64,000 nucleotides of DNA from Nannocystaceae bacterium. Its GTDB lineage: Bacteria; Myxococcota_A; Polyangia; Nannocystales; Nannocystaceae. The translations under genes and the position numbers were made by a program. This document shows, one piece after another, positions 26,291 through 35,054 of the stretch. Positions within the stretch are counted from its first letter, which is position 1. Each line of letters opens with the position of its first letter. The notes beneath the pieces were generated by a model. It was given only the letters and a program-made list of their open reading frames with translations, was not told the DNA's origin and made no database searches. The DNA is taken from NCBI GenBank assembly GCA_041389845.1, contig JAWKQZ010000037.1:9716-73715 (forward strand). Reading direction: 5' to 3'.

Positions 26291-27397
26291 GTGCGCCCCC
26301 GGGACCTCCGCGCGGCCGGGGCCGCGGCCGCCCTCGCCCTCGCCCTCGTCGGCTCGGGCTCGGCGTCACCGGCCTCGCGGCGCGGGTCCGCGGCCGCCCC
26401 TGGCGTGACCGCCGACCTGTCCGAAGGGACCTCTTCGGAGGACGCGGCCTATACGCGGATCCCATCGGTGGTCCTCTCGATCGCCGAGGCCGACGCCGCG
26501 CCGACACGACCTGTCCTCAAGGACATCCGCAGAGGAGTCCCCTCGGAAGAGGTTTATCCTGTCCCCGAGGCCGACGCCGCGCCGACACAACCTGTCCTCA
26601 AGGACACCCACACAGAAGTCCCCACGGAGGAGGTTCATCCTGTCCCCGAGGACAGGGTCACTCCCGCCGCGATCGAGGCCGACGCCGCCCCCGCGTATCA
26701 CTGCCCGGCCGCGCGCTCGCGGGCCCCTGACGGCGATCCTCGCCTCGCCTTCGCCGCCCGACTCGGCGCCTCGGCGGCGGCGATCCAGGGCTTCACCATG
26801 ATCGAGACCCCGGCGATCCCGGGCCTCGTCGGCCTCGCCTTCGGCGTGCTCCCGGGACGCCCCGACGCCGACGAAGGCGACCGGGCGCGCGCGGCGATCG
26901 CCCCGATCCTCCGCTGCGGCGATCGCCTCTGCGCCGGCGAGCCGCGGATCCACGTCGGCGCCGACCGCATCGAGGTCGCGGCGATCGTCGACCTCGTCGG
27001 TCGCGGCGAGACGCTCGATCCGCGGCTCGGCGGGCGGACGCAGCGAGCCGCGGCCGCGGGGCCCTGCCCGCGCTGGCCGGCGGCCCTCGTCACCGTCCGC
27101 CAGCCGGTCGCGGGCGGCGAGGAGGCGGTCCACGAGCTCCTCGCCCTCCGCCCGCCGCTCCTCGCCCCCCTCGCCGGCGCGTACTCCCGCGTCGGCCCCG
27201 AGGGCGGCGTCGTCCTCGAGTCGCTGCGGATCGACGCGACCGCGGGCGGCGGACCGGGGGACCTCCTCCTCGTCCGCCGACGGATCCTCGCGCCGGGGAG
27301 CGGGTGTCCCTCGCCGATCGCCGACGTGAGCCTCCACGTCTTCGTCGACGACCACTACACCCACGCGCCGGAGGGCCGGCCGGGGCGCTGCCACTAG
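26291..27397 (+). CDS. hypothetical (secreted?) protein; 5' extent uncertain
   Basis: The GTG at 26291 gives the signal-like segment AAGAAAALALALVGSGSA. However, 26416-26656 is a lower-GC repeat zone carrying the CTGTCC..GGACA palindromes. The alternative ATG at 26798 (MIETPAIPGLVGLAF) starts the clearly coding part. Confidence 0.55.
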   Translation: MRPRDLRAAGAAAALALALVGSGSASPASRRGSAAAPGVTADLSEGTSSEDAAYTRIPSVVLSIAEADAAPTRPVLKDIRRGVPSEEVYPVPEADAAPTQPVLKDTHTEVPTEEVHPVPEDRVTPAAIEADAAPAYHCPAARSRAPDGDPRLAFAARLGASAAAIQGFTMIETPAIPGLVGLAFGVLPGRPDADEGDRARAAIAPILRCGDRLCAGEPRIHVGADRIEVAAIVDLVGRGETLDPRLGGRTQRAAAAGPCPRWPAALVTVRQPVAGGEEAVHELLALRPPLLAPLAGAYSRVGPEGGVVLESLRIDATAGGGPGDLLLVRRRILAPGSGCPSPIADVSLHVFVDDHYTHAPEGRPGRCH

Positions 27398-27588
27398 GCG
27401 CTCCATCGCCGCCGCGCGGCCGCAGAGCGGGCCTGCGACGATCGCTACGACCACCCGCGAGCCCCCGCGATCGGGCGCCACGTCGCGCGTCAGTACCGAC
27501 GTGACGACCCTCGAACCATCGCCGACCCGTCGCCGACCCGTCGCCCACGCTTGGGTCGACGGCAGGCTCACGGATACACTCGAGGGAC

Positions 27589-28644
27589 ATGCTCCGACGC
27601 GCGCTCGCTGGCACCGCGATCCTCCCCCTCCTGCTGGCCGCCTGCGCCGGCGGCAGCAGCGACTCGACCGCCGCGACCGACACGGGCTCCGAGAGCGCGA
27701 GCTCCGGCGCGAGCGCCAGCGGGACCCACACGACCGACACCGGTGAGTCGACCACCGACGCGTCGACCACGAGCGCGTCGACCACGTCGTCGTCGTCTTC
27801 ATCGTCGTCTTCGTCGACCTCGACCACCGGCCTCCTCGACCACTGCCCCTCGGTCGCGTCGCCGGTGGTCCAGGCGACGATCGCCGACCCCGAGATCAGC
27901 GAGGCCTCGGGCCTGGCGCAGTCGCGGAGCCAACCCGGCGTCTTCTGGGTCCACAACGACTCCGGCGACAGCGCCCGCTTCTTCGCCTTCGACGGCGCCG
28001 GCGCGACCCTCGGGATCTTCGCGCTCACCGACGTCGACGCCGAGGACTGGGAGGACCTCGCGCTCGGACCCGGCCCGACCCCGGGCGCCTGGATCTACCT
28101 CGCGGACATCGGCGACAACCTCGCGGCGCGGCCGCGGGTCACCGTCTACCGGGTCCCCGAGCCCGACGCCGCGGCGGCCCGCGGCGGCCTGATGAAGATC
28201 ACCGGCGCCGAGGCGATCGTCCTCGCCTACCCCGACAAGCCCCACGACGCCGAGACGCTCCTCGTCGATCCGGCGACCGGCGACCTCTTCATTGCGATCA
28301 AGAGCGACCCGACCCGGATCTTCCGCCACCCCGGTCCGGTCACCGCGGGCGGCCCCTACGTGCTCGAGGAGGTGACGCCGATCGTCGCCCCCGGCACCTA
28401 CGCCACCGGCGGCGACGTCTCTCCCGCCGGCGACTTCGTCGCGATCCGCACGTACACCCAGGCCCACCTGTGGCTGCGGCCGAAGGGCGGCGACCTCCGC
28501 GACGCCTTCGCCACGGCGCCCTGCGTCCTCCCCCTCGCCGCCGAGGTCCAGGGCGAGACGCTGGCGATCGCCGGCGACGCCAGCGGCTACTACACCCTGA
28601 GCGAGATGGCCTCGCAGCCGCTCTGGTGGTACGCGTTTCAATAG
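27589..28644 (+). CDS. lipoprotein with a Ser/Thr-rich linker, unknown function
   Basis: Lipobox AILPLLLAAC. Poly-S/T linker ([16 protein letters not shown]). A 260-aa C-domain with good GC3. Confidence 0.75.
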   Translation: MLRRALAGTAILPLLLAACAGGSSDSTAATDTGSESASSGASASGTHTTDTGESTTDASTTSASTTSSSSSSSSSSTSTTGLLDHCPSVASPVVQATIADPEISEASGLAQSRSQPGVFWVHNDSGDSARFFAFDGAGATLGIFALTDVDAEDWEDLALGPGPTPGAWIYLADIGDNLAARPRVTVYRVPEPDAAAARGGLMKITGAEAIVLAYPDKPHDAETLLVDPATGDLFIAIKSDPTRIFRHPGPVTAGGPYVLEEVTPIVAPGTYATGGDVSPAGDFVAIRTYTQAHLWLRPKGGDLRDAFATAPCVLPLAAEVQGETLAIAGDASGYYTLSEMASQPLWWYAFQ

Positions 28645-28946
28645 AGCGGACCGATCCCGTCCGGCCACGCGCGCCGAGATCGCGCCGCTCCGCTGCCGCG
28701 GTCGTCTGCGATCGCGCGTCACGAGGGTGACAGAACAGCGTCTTCATCGCGTCGTTCGGCGTTCGACCGCGCGTCCTCGGGGTCTCGAGCACTCGGCAAA
28801 TTCATTCACACCCGGGGGTCCGATGGGAGGACCGCTGGATCCCCCTGCGGACACAGGGGGCCTCCGCCCCTTCCCATCCGTCGATCCTCCGACGATCCTG
28901 GCAATGGCGACGATGCGCCGCCCCTACGATCGATCACGAGGTCCCC

Positions 28947-30854
28947 ATGGCACGACTTGACCACCCCCTGCGCCCCCTCGCAGCCCTCACCCTCCTCGCG
29001 CTCGCCTGCAACGGCGACGACTCGGGGCGCGAGACCGGCGACTCCGCCTCGGCGAGCGCGACCGCGGTCACCATCACCGCGAGCGCGAGCACGACCGAGA
29101 GCGCGAGCGATACGGACACCGAGACCGATGGGACGTCCTCCTCGAGCGGCAGCGCGTCGACCTCGTCGTCGTCGTCGTCGTCGGGGAGCGAGTCCGACAC
29201 CGACGCGACCACCACCGACGAGCCGCCGCCGCCCCTCGAGGTCACCCCGCCCGAGGCGACGGTGATCGTCGCCAACGGCGTCTCCGAGGTCGTCGACTAC
29301 GACGCGCTCTACGGCGGTGAGACCGTCCAGGCCAACTGGATGCTCGGCTCGCTCTCGCTGGCGACGATCGACCCCAACGGCATCGCCGGCGGCACCGGCA
29401 CCAAGGGCGGCCAGACCGACGTCCACGCGATCTACATGGGTCAGAACGCGATGGGCGTCCTCAAGGTCGTCCTCAAGGAGGAGGTCGAGCCGGTCGGCCC
29501 CCTCGACCCGACCGACAAGCAGTCGCTCCTCGACGCCGTCGATCCCGACCTCGAGATCGCCTGGCTCTACCCCTACGATCGGATGGTCTACCCCCTCGAG
29601 CTCCGGGCCCCGGAGATGATGTGGGACGGCGGCGGCGCCGGGGACAAGTACCTGATCCGCCTGACCAGCGAATTCCTCGACATCCAGATCTTCCTGACCG
29701 CCGATCCGCCGTCGCGCTTCCTCATCGACCAGGCGCTCTGGTCGAAGATCACCGCGACCGTCGCCGGCGGCGACGTCCAGCTCCACGTCTCCCGCCTCAA
29801 GGTCGGCGAGCAGGTCGCCAAGGTCGTCATCGACCACGCGTGGACGATCGCCGACGGCTCCCTCGACGGCAGCGTCTACTACTGGGCGAACAGCCTCGGC
29901 CGGGTCCTCCGGATCAACCCCGGCGCCGACGCGCCCGAGGACTTCCTGGCGATGGGCGGCCAGGACGGGTGCTCCACCTGCCACGCGGTCTCGGCCGATG
30001 GCAACACCCTGGTGCTGGGCGGCGACATCGCGGTCTCCAGCTGGGACCTCTCCAACAACAAGATCATCCTCGACATCCAGAGCGTCGGGAAGCCGATCCG
30101 CAACTGGGCGATGCCGGCGATCTCGCCCGACGGCAAGGTGCTGATCGAGAACGCGGCGCCGCTCCCGGGCCCCCCCGGCGGCAGCGACGGGATGTGGGAC
30201 GCGATCACCGGGGCGAAGCGGGCGAACACCGGCCTCGAGGGGATCGTCCTCAACATGCCGGCCTTCGCCCCGAACGGCTCGATCATCGCCGCCGTCGATC
30301 ACAACACCCTCGGCCTCGTGATCTACGACTACGACGACGTCAACATCGTCGCCAGCGGGCCGACGCCGCTGGTCGAGGCCGGCGCCGATCCGGCGCTCAA
30401 CGGCATCACCTTCCCGAGCGTCACCCCCGACGGCAAGTGGATCGTCTACCACCGCGCCGACTACCCCAACTCGCTCGACACCCGCTACTGCCGCGGCGAC
30501 CTCTACCTCGCCAGCGTCGATCAGCCGGGCCTCGAGTACCGCCTCACCAACGTCAACGGCGACAACTACCCGTTCCCGGCCGGCGATCGCGACCACTCGT
30601 ACAACTACGAGCCGACCTTCGCGCCGCTCCCCTCGGGCGGCTACCACTGGGCGGTCTACACCTCGCGGCGGACCTACGGGAACCGCCTCACCGCCGGCAA
30701 GGACTCGGTCAAGCAGCTCTGGGTCTTCGCCATCGATCAGGACCCGCAGCCGGGCCAGGAGCCGAGCCACGCCGGCTTCTGGCTCCCCGGTCAGGACCTC
30801 GGGACCCTCAACATGCGCGGGTACTGGGCCCTCAAGGCCGACATCCCCGGCTGA
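28947..30854 (+). CDS. lipoprotein paralogue of 22291..24435 (CxxCH + beta-propeller-like body)
   Basis: Lipobox LTLLALAC. S/T/D linker. CSTCH at 29970-29984. Shared blocks with the paralogue (YPYD..VYPL, YYW..., FAPLPSGGYHWAVYTSRRTYGN...QLWVFAI). Confidence 0.85.
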   Translation: MARLDHPLRPLAALTLLALACNGDDSGRETGDSASASATAVTITASASTTESASDTDTETDGTSSSSGSASTSSSSSSSGSESDTDATTTDEPPPPLEVTPPEATVIVANGVSEVVDYDALYGGETVQANWMLGSLSLATIDPNGIAGGTGTKGGQTDVHAIYMGQNAMGVLKVVLKEEVEPVGPLDPTDKQSLLDAVDPDLEIAWLYPYDRMVYPLELRAPEMMWDGGGAGDKYLIRLTSEFLDIQIFLTADPPSRFLIDQALWSKITATVAGGDVQLHVSRLKVGEQVAKVVIDHAWTIADGSLDGSVYYWANSLGRVLRINPGADAPEDFLAMGGQDGCSTCHAVSADGNTLVLGGDIAVSSWDLSNNKIILDIQSVGKPIRNWAMPAISPDGKVLIENAAPLPGPPGGSDGMWDAITGAKRANTGLEGIVLNMPAFAPNGSIIAAVDHNTLGLVIYDYDDVNIVASGPTPLVEAGADPALNGITFPSVTPDGKWIVYHRADYPNSLDTRYCRGDLYLASVDQPGLEYRLTNVNGDNYPFPAGDRDHSYNYEPTFAPLPSGGYHWAVYTSRRTYGNRLTAGKDSVKQLWVFAIDQDPQPGQEPSHAGFWLPGQDLGTLNMRGYWALKADIPG

Positions 30855-30928
30855 GCGGTCACGCCTCGGGCGCGGCCGAACGAGGGGGGCTCTCCTGGAG
30901 GAGAGCCCCCTTCGGCGCCTCTGGGCCC

Positions 30929-31333
30929 TCAACCCCTGCGCGCAGGGTCGGCCCCGTCGACGACCGACGCCCCCGGCGGGGTGTAGGTGATTTCGAAGCG
31001 GATCCCGTCGGGGTCGCCCATGAAGAGCGCGAGCGCCCCGTCGAGCTCCTGGGGCGCCGGCGCGACGAAGCCCGCGTCGATCATCGCCGCTCGGATCGCG
31101 CGGACCTCCGCCGGCGAGCCCGCGGCGAAGCCGAGGTGGTTCATGCCCGCGCCGTAGCGGGCGTAGGGGGCCGTCCCCGGCCGCGCCTCGAGGATCTGGA
31201 GCGAGAAGCCCTCGCCGTCGCTCCACACCCCCTCGCCGCGGCGCTCGAAGCCGAGGAGCGCGAGGAGGCGGGCGTAGTAAGGGAGGCTCTTCTCGAGCGA
31301 GGAGACGAGGAGGGTGAGGTGATCGATCTTCAT
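30929..31333 (-). CDS. VOC family (glyoxalase/bleomycin-resistance fold) protein
   Basis: From the ATG at 31333: MKIDHLTLLVSSLEKSLPYYARLLALLGF...GMNHLGFAA...DPDGIRFEI. Confidence 0.85.
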   Translation of the reverse strand: MKIDHLTLLVSSLEKSLPYYARLLALLGFERRGEGVWSDGEGFSLQILEARPGTAPYARYGAGMNHLGFAAGSPAEVRAIRAAMIDAGFVAPAPQELDGALALFMGDPDGIRFEITYTPPGASVVDGADPARRG

Positions 31334-31453
31334 GGCGCGGCGCGATCGAGGGTAGTTCGCGCGGCCGCCGAGCTGACCGCTCGCTCCCCCGATCGGGGAG
31401 GTCCCGGTCGCCGAGGCCCGTGATAGGCTGACCCCTCGTCGACGCGCTCGGCG

Positions 31454-32749
31454 GTGGAGGGGACGATGGTGCGGGGGATGGTGCGAGGGATGGTGCGGGG
31501 ATTGTCGGGTCATTCGTGGACGCGCGCGCGGGCGCGCGCCCTGGCGATTCCGGGGCTCCTGGCCGCGCTCGGCCTCGCCTGCGCCGGCGACGATCAGGGC
31601 GACTCGGGCGCGACCACCGGGGGCGCGACCTCGACGAGCGGCGATCCCAGCGGCGATCCCAGCGAGGGCACCACCACCGAGGGCACCGCCGGCACCACCA
31701 GCGACGGCGGCACCGCCAGCGGCTCGGCGACCCAGGGCACCACCGCGGCGACCACCGACGCGGGCACCACTACCGACGGGACGACCACCACCAGCACCAC
31801 CACCAGCGGCGAGAGCACGACCGACGACTCGACCACCGGCGTGAACCCGCCGGACCCGCGTCAGGTGCTCCTCGAGACCTACGCGCCGCGGGTGTGGTTC
31901 CCCGCCGACGAGGAGTACTTCCCGTCGACGGTCGAGCACTCCTTCGCCCACACCACCCGCTTCGCCGACGGCGAGGGCAAGCACTGGATCCGGACGATCG
32001 AGCCCCTGGAGAGCCCCTCCGACACCCTCCCCTTCTTCGCCGGCGACCTCGAGGGCGCGCCGGTGTATGCCTATTACGCCGACAAGGACGCCGCCGGCGT
32101 CGCCCCCGGCTTCGTCGACCTCGTCTATTTCTTCTACTACCCCTATAACCGGGGCAAGGAGGTCGTCGACACCATTTGGGGCAACCATGTCGGCGATTGG
32201 GAGCACATCACCGTCCGCCTCAAGGTCGAGGTCGACCTCACCCTCACCCCGGTCCAGGTCTACCTCTCGGCCCACTCCTTCGGCGGGGTCTACGAGTGGG
32301 CCGACGTCGAGCGCTTCGGCGACACCCACCCGGTGGTCTACTCCGCCTGGGGCTCCCACGGGGTCTGGAGCGGCCCCGGCGACCACGTCTATCAGACGAT
32401 CGGCGAGGAGGTCTGGGGCGTCTGCGTGACCCTCGTATGCACCGACCTCACCGACAACACCTCCGCCGGGATCCCCTGGGACACCTGGGAGGACGTCGCG
32501 GGGATGGACTACTTCGCCCAGGAGGGGATCGCTGGAACCCCCTGGCCGGCGTGGATGAGCGATCAATACACCGACCCGGGGCCGATGCCCGCCGACGTCC
32601 CTGGCAAGGGCCCGATCTACCGCTGGGGGAACGAGGAGGACTGCTCGACCCTCGGCGTCGATATCAGCGATCTGATCGGCGTATGCAGGCTCGAGGACGG
32701 GCCGACCGGGCCGGTGTCGAAGGACGTGTGGGGGGCGGAGCTGCTCTGA
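31454..32749 (+). CDS. lipoprotein with a Vps62/DUF946-like domain
   Basis: Lipobox LAALGLAC. Thr-rich linker. YAPRVWFPADEEYFPSTVE ... FYYPYNRGK ... GNHVGDWEHITVR resembles the Vps62 family signature. Assignment from memory. Confidence 0.8.
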   Translation: MEGTMVRGMVRGMVRGLSGHSWTRARARALAIPGLLAALGLACAGDDQGDSGATTGGATSTSGDPSGDPSEGTTTEGTAGTTSDGGTASGSATQGTTAATTDAGTTTDGTTTTSTTTSGESTTDDSTTGVNPPDPRQVLLETYAPRVWFPADEEYFPSTVEHSFAHTTRFADGEGKHWIRTIEPLESPSDTLPFFAGDLEGAPVYAYYADKDAAGVAPGFVDLVYFFYYPYNRGKEVVDTIWGNHVGDWEHITVRLKVEVDLTLTPVQVYLSAHSFGGVYEWADVERFGDTHPVVYSAWGSHGVWSGPGDHVYQTIGEEVWGVCVTLVCTDLTDNTSAGIPWDTWEDVAGMDYFAQEGIAGTPWPAWMSDQYTDPGPMPADVPGKGPIYRWGNEEDCSTLGVDISDLIGVCRLEDGPTGPVSKDVWGAELL

Positions 32750-32779
32750 TTCGGCGCCGCCGCGCGGCGGGCGGGTCGC

Positions 32780-33598
32780 TCACCAGGACCCGAGCCCGAG
32801 CCCGATCGCCGCGCCGACCAGGGTCGCGAGCACGTTGACGACGTCGTTCGTGCACCAGCGGAGCCCCTTCACGTGGCGCGCCCGTCGGCCGCAGTGGTGG
32901 CGCGGCGCCTCGCAGGCGCGATCACAGGCGAGGCAGCGGTAGCCGGCCTGGACGGTCGCGCCGAGGACCGAGTCCGCGAGGGCGCCGAGGCACCCGCTGA
33001 CCCCGCCGACGACCAGCCAGGCGCCGAGGTCTCGCCAGCCCGCGAGGCCGATCACCGCGCCGATCACCGCGCCGCCGAGGATCGTCGCGGTGACGCCGAA
33101 CCCGGAGATGGCGCCCGAGGTGCCCGCGGGGACCCGCCGCAGCGTGGTCACCAGGAGCGGCGGTCGGTTGCCGAGGACGCCGAGCTCGGTCGCCCAGGTG
33201 TCGCCGTTGGCGGTCGCCAGGGCGCCGACGAACGCGGCGGTGAGGTCGACCTCGGGGAGGAGGCGCTGGGCGAGGGCGCACGCCGCCGCGATCCCGCCGT
33301 TGGCGAGGACCTGCCAGCCGTCGCGGGTCTCGCCCTTCTCGTAGTGCCGTCGCACCCGCTCCTTGTGGGCGGCGCCGAGGCGGCCGAGGAGCGTCGACGT
33401 GACGAAGAAGGCCATCAGCGCCGCGTACCAGGCGAGGCCGCCGCCGAGGTAGATCGCGGCGCCGACGAAGAGCGCCGCGGTGACGCCGGTCGACGAGAGC
33501 GAGCCCCGGCGCCAGGCCGCGAGGGCGATCCCGCCGCTGAGGGCGGCGCCGATCAGGAGATCGCAGAAGAACGCCACGTCGCGGCGAGTGTAGTCCAA
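32780..33598 (-). CDS. DUF92 / TMEM19-family integral membrane protein
   Basis: 272-aa polytopic ORF. ANGDTWATELG and VPAGTSGAISGFG are motifs characteristic of the family. Confidence 0.85.
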   Translation of the reverse strand: MDYTRRDVAFFCDLLIGAALSGGIALAAWRRGSLSSTGVTAALFVGAAIYLGGGLAWYAALMAFFVTSTLLGRLGAAHKERVRRHYEKGETRDGWQVLANGGIAAACALAQRLLPEVDLTAAFVGALATANGDTWATELGVLGNRPPLLVTTLRRVPAGTSGAISGFGVTATILGGAVIGAVIGLAGWRDLGAWLVVGGVSGCLGALADSVLGATVQAGYRCLACDRACEAPRHHCGRRARHVKGLRWCTNDVVNVLATLVGAAIGLGLGSW

Positions 33599-33691
33599 TC
33601 GCCGCGGCGCCTCGATCGATCGTGAGGGGGCCCGCGAGTGCCGAGGTCGTCGACGCCGCCCGCCGCGAGCGCTCCGCCGCGGCCGCTCGGG

Positions 33692-34012
33692 TCACGCGTC
33701 GGCGGCCATCACCTCGCGGACCCGCGCGATCAGGTCGCGCTCGGCCGGCGAGACGTCGTGGTCGAGGCCGGCCGCGCCCGCGAGCTCGCGGGTCAGCTCG
33801 TCGCGGATCGCCGGCGAGAGGCGCCGCACCTTGTCCTCGACCTTGTCGTCGACGTTGACGTGGTGGACGACGTCGCGGCGATCCTGGGCGGTGAGGCCGA
33901 GGCGATCGAAGACCGCGTCGAGGAACGCGCGCTCTTCGTCGGTGACCGCTCCGTCGATGATCAGGAGCTGGGCGATGACCTCGCAGTAGAGCTTCTTGTC
34001 GCTGAGTTCCAT
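33692..34012 (-). CDS. small TerB-like protein
   Basis: From the ATG at 34012: MELSDKKLYCEVIAQLLIIDGAVTDEERAFLDAVFDRLGL... The rest of the 222-aa track ORF is Arg-rich junk. Confidence 0.7.
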   Translation of the reverse strand: MELSDKKLYCEVIAQLLIIDGAVTDEERAFLDAVFDRLGLTAQDRRDVVHHVNVDDKVEDKVRRLSPAIRDELTRELAGAAGLDHDVSPAERDLIARVREVMAADA

Positions 34013-35054
34013 GGCCGGTGACCTCGGGCCGAGGATAAACCACCGCGCGCGCCCGCGCGCGCCTGCGCGAGATCGGGCGTCGGGGACCTCACGCCGGCTC
34101 GCGGCGCCCGAGCGAGGCCGCCGGGCCCGAGGTCGGTGCGGCGATCGCACGCCGCGACCGCGGCTCCAGGAGGCCCCGGGGAGGCGCGATCGGGCCCGGC
34201 GGCGCCCGGGTCCCCGCGGAGCGCCGCGCGGCGGAGGCGTGACGAGGACGCGTCCTGGTCCGCGGCTCGACGCGCGACGGGGTGAGGCCCGGCGAGGCCG
34301 AGCGACGCGCCGGAGCGGAGACCGGGCGCGCGTCCCGGGTGGTCGAGGGCGTGCGCCCACTCGGGCGAGGCGAGCGAGCGACGACCGTTCGCGGCGAGGG
34401 AGGCGGTCGTCGTGGGCGATCGGCGACGCGGCGGACGAGCGCGTCCTCCACCGCCGTGGCGTCGATCTGCCAGCGAGTGATGCCTCGGGTCCTTCACGGC
34501 GAAGCTCGTCGATCCCACGAGAGTGATCCCAAGTCGCACTCGCGATCGACGCGGCGAGTGAGGATCGACATCACCGACGTCGCCGCGACGCGGGCCTCGT
34601 CCGCTCGTCGTCGACGAGGCGCCGAGGGCATCGAGCACGCGAGCGCCACGCCTGCGCAGAGCGGCGTGGATCGCCTTGTGTGAATCGCCGTGATCGTCGC
34701 GACGCGTCGACGGTGCGCGCCCGACCTCGCCCCGAGGATACGCGCCTCGCTCTTCTCATGGAAGCCGCAGCCGCCCTCGTCGTCGACGTCGCCTGCGGCC
34801 AACACCGCGAGAACGACGCTCTTGCGGCGATCCGCGGCGATCCGCGGCGATCGTCGACGACCCGCGGAGGCCGCGGCGATCACCGCGACGCACCGCCGCC
34901 GCCTCGTCGTGGGTCTCCGGAACCATCGGCGGCGCCTGGACCACGCTCCTCCGAGTGCGAGGCCGCGATCGCGGGGCCTCTCGACCACGGCGCGCGCGCA
35001 CGCCCCCGGAGGCCGGCTTTACAGCGCGCCCCCTGCGATCGCACCATCGCGTCG

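Noticed and set aside
24440-27397. 985-aa ORF spanning the selO region
   Set aside because: It is out of frame with selO and Arg/Pro-rich for its first 600 codons. Only the last ~370 codons (from the GTG at 26291, or the ATG at 26798) look coding.
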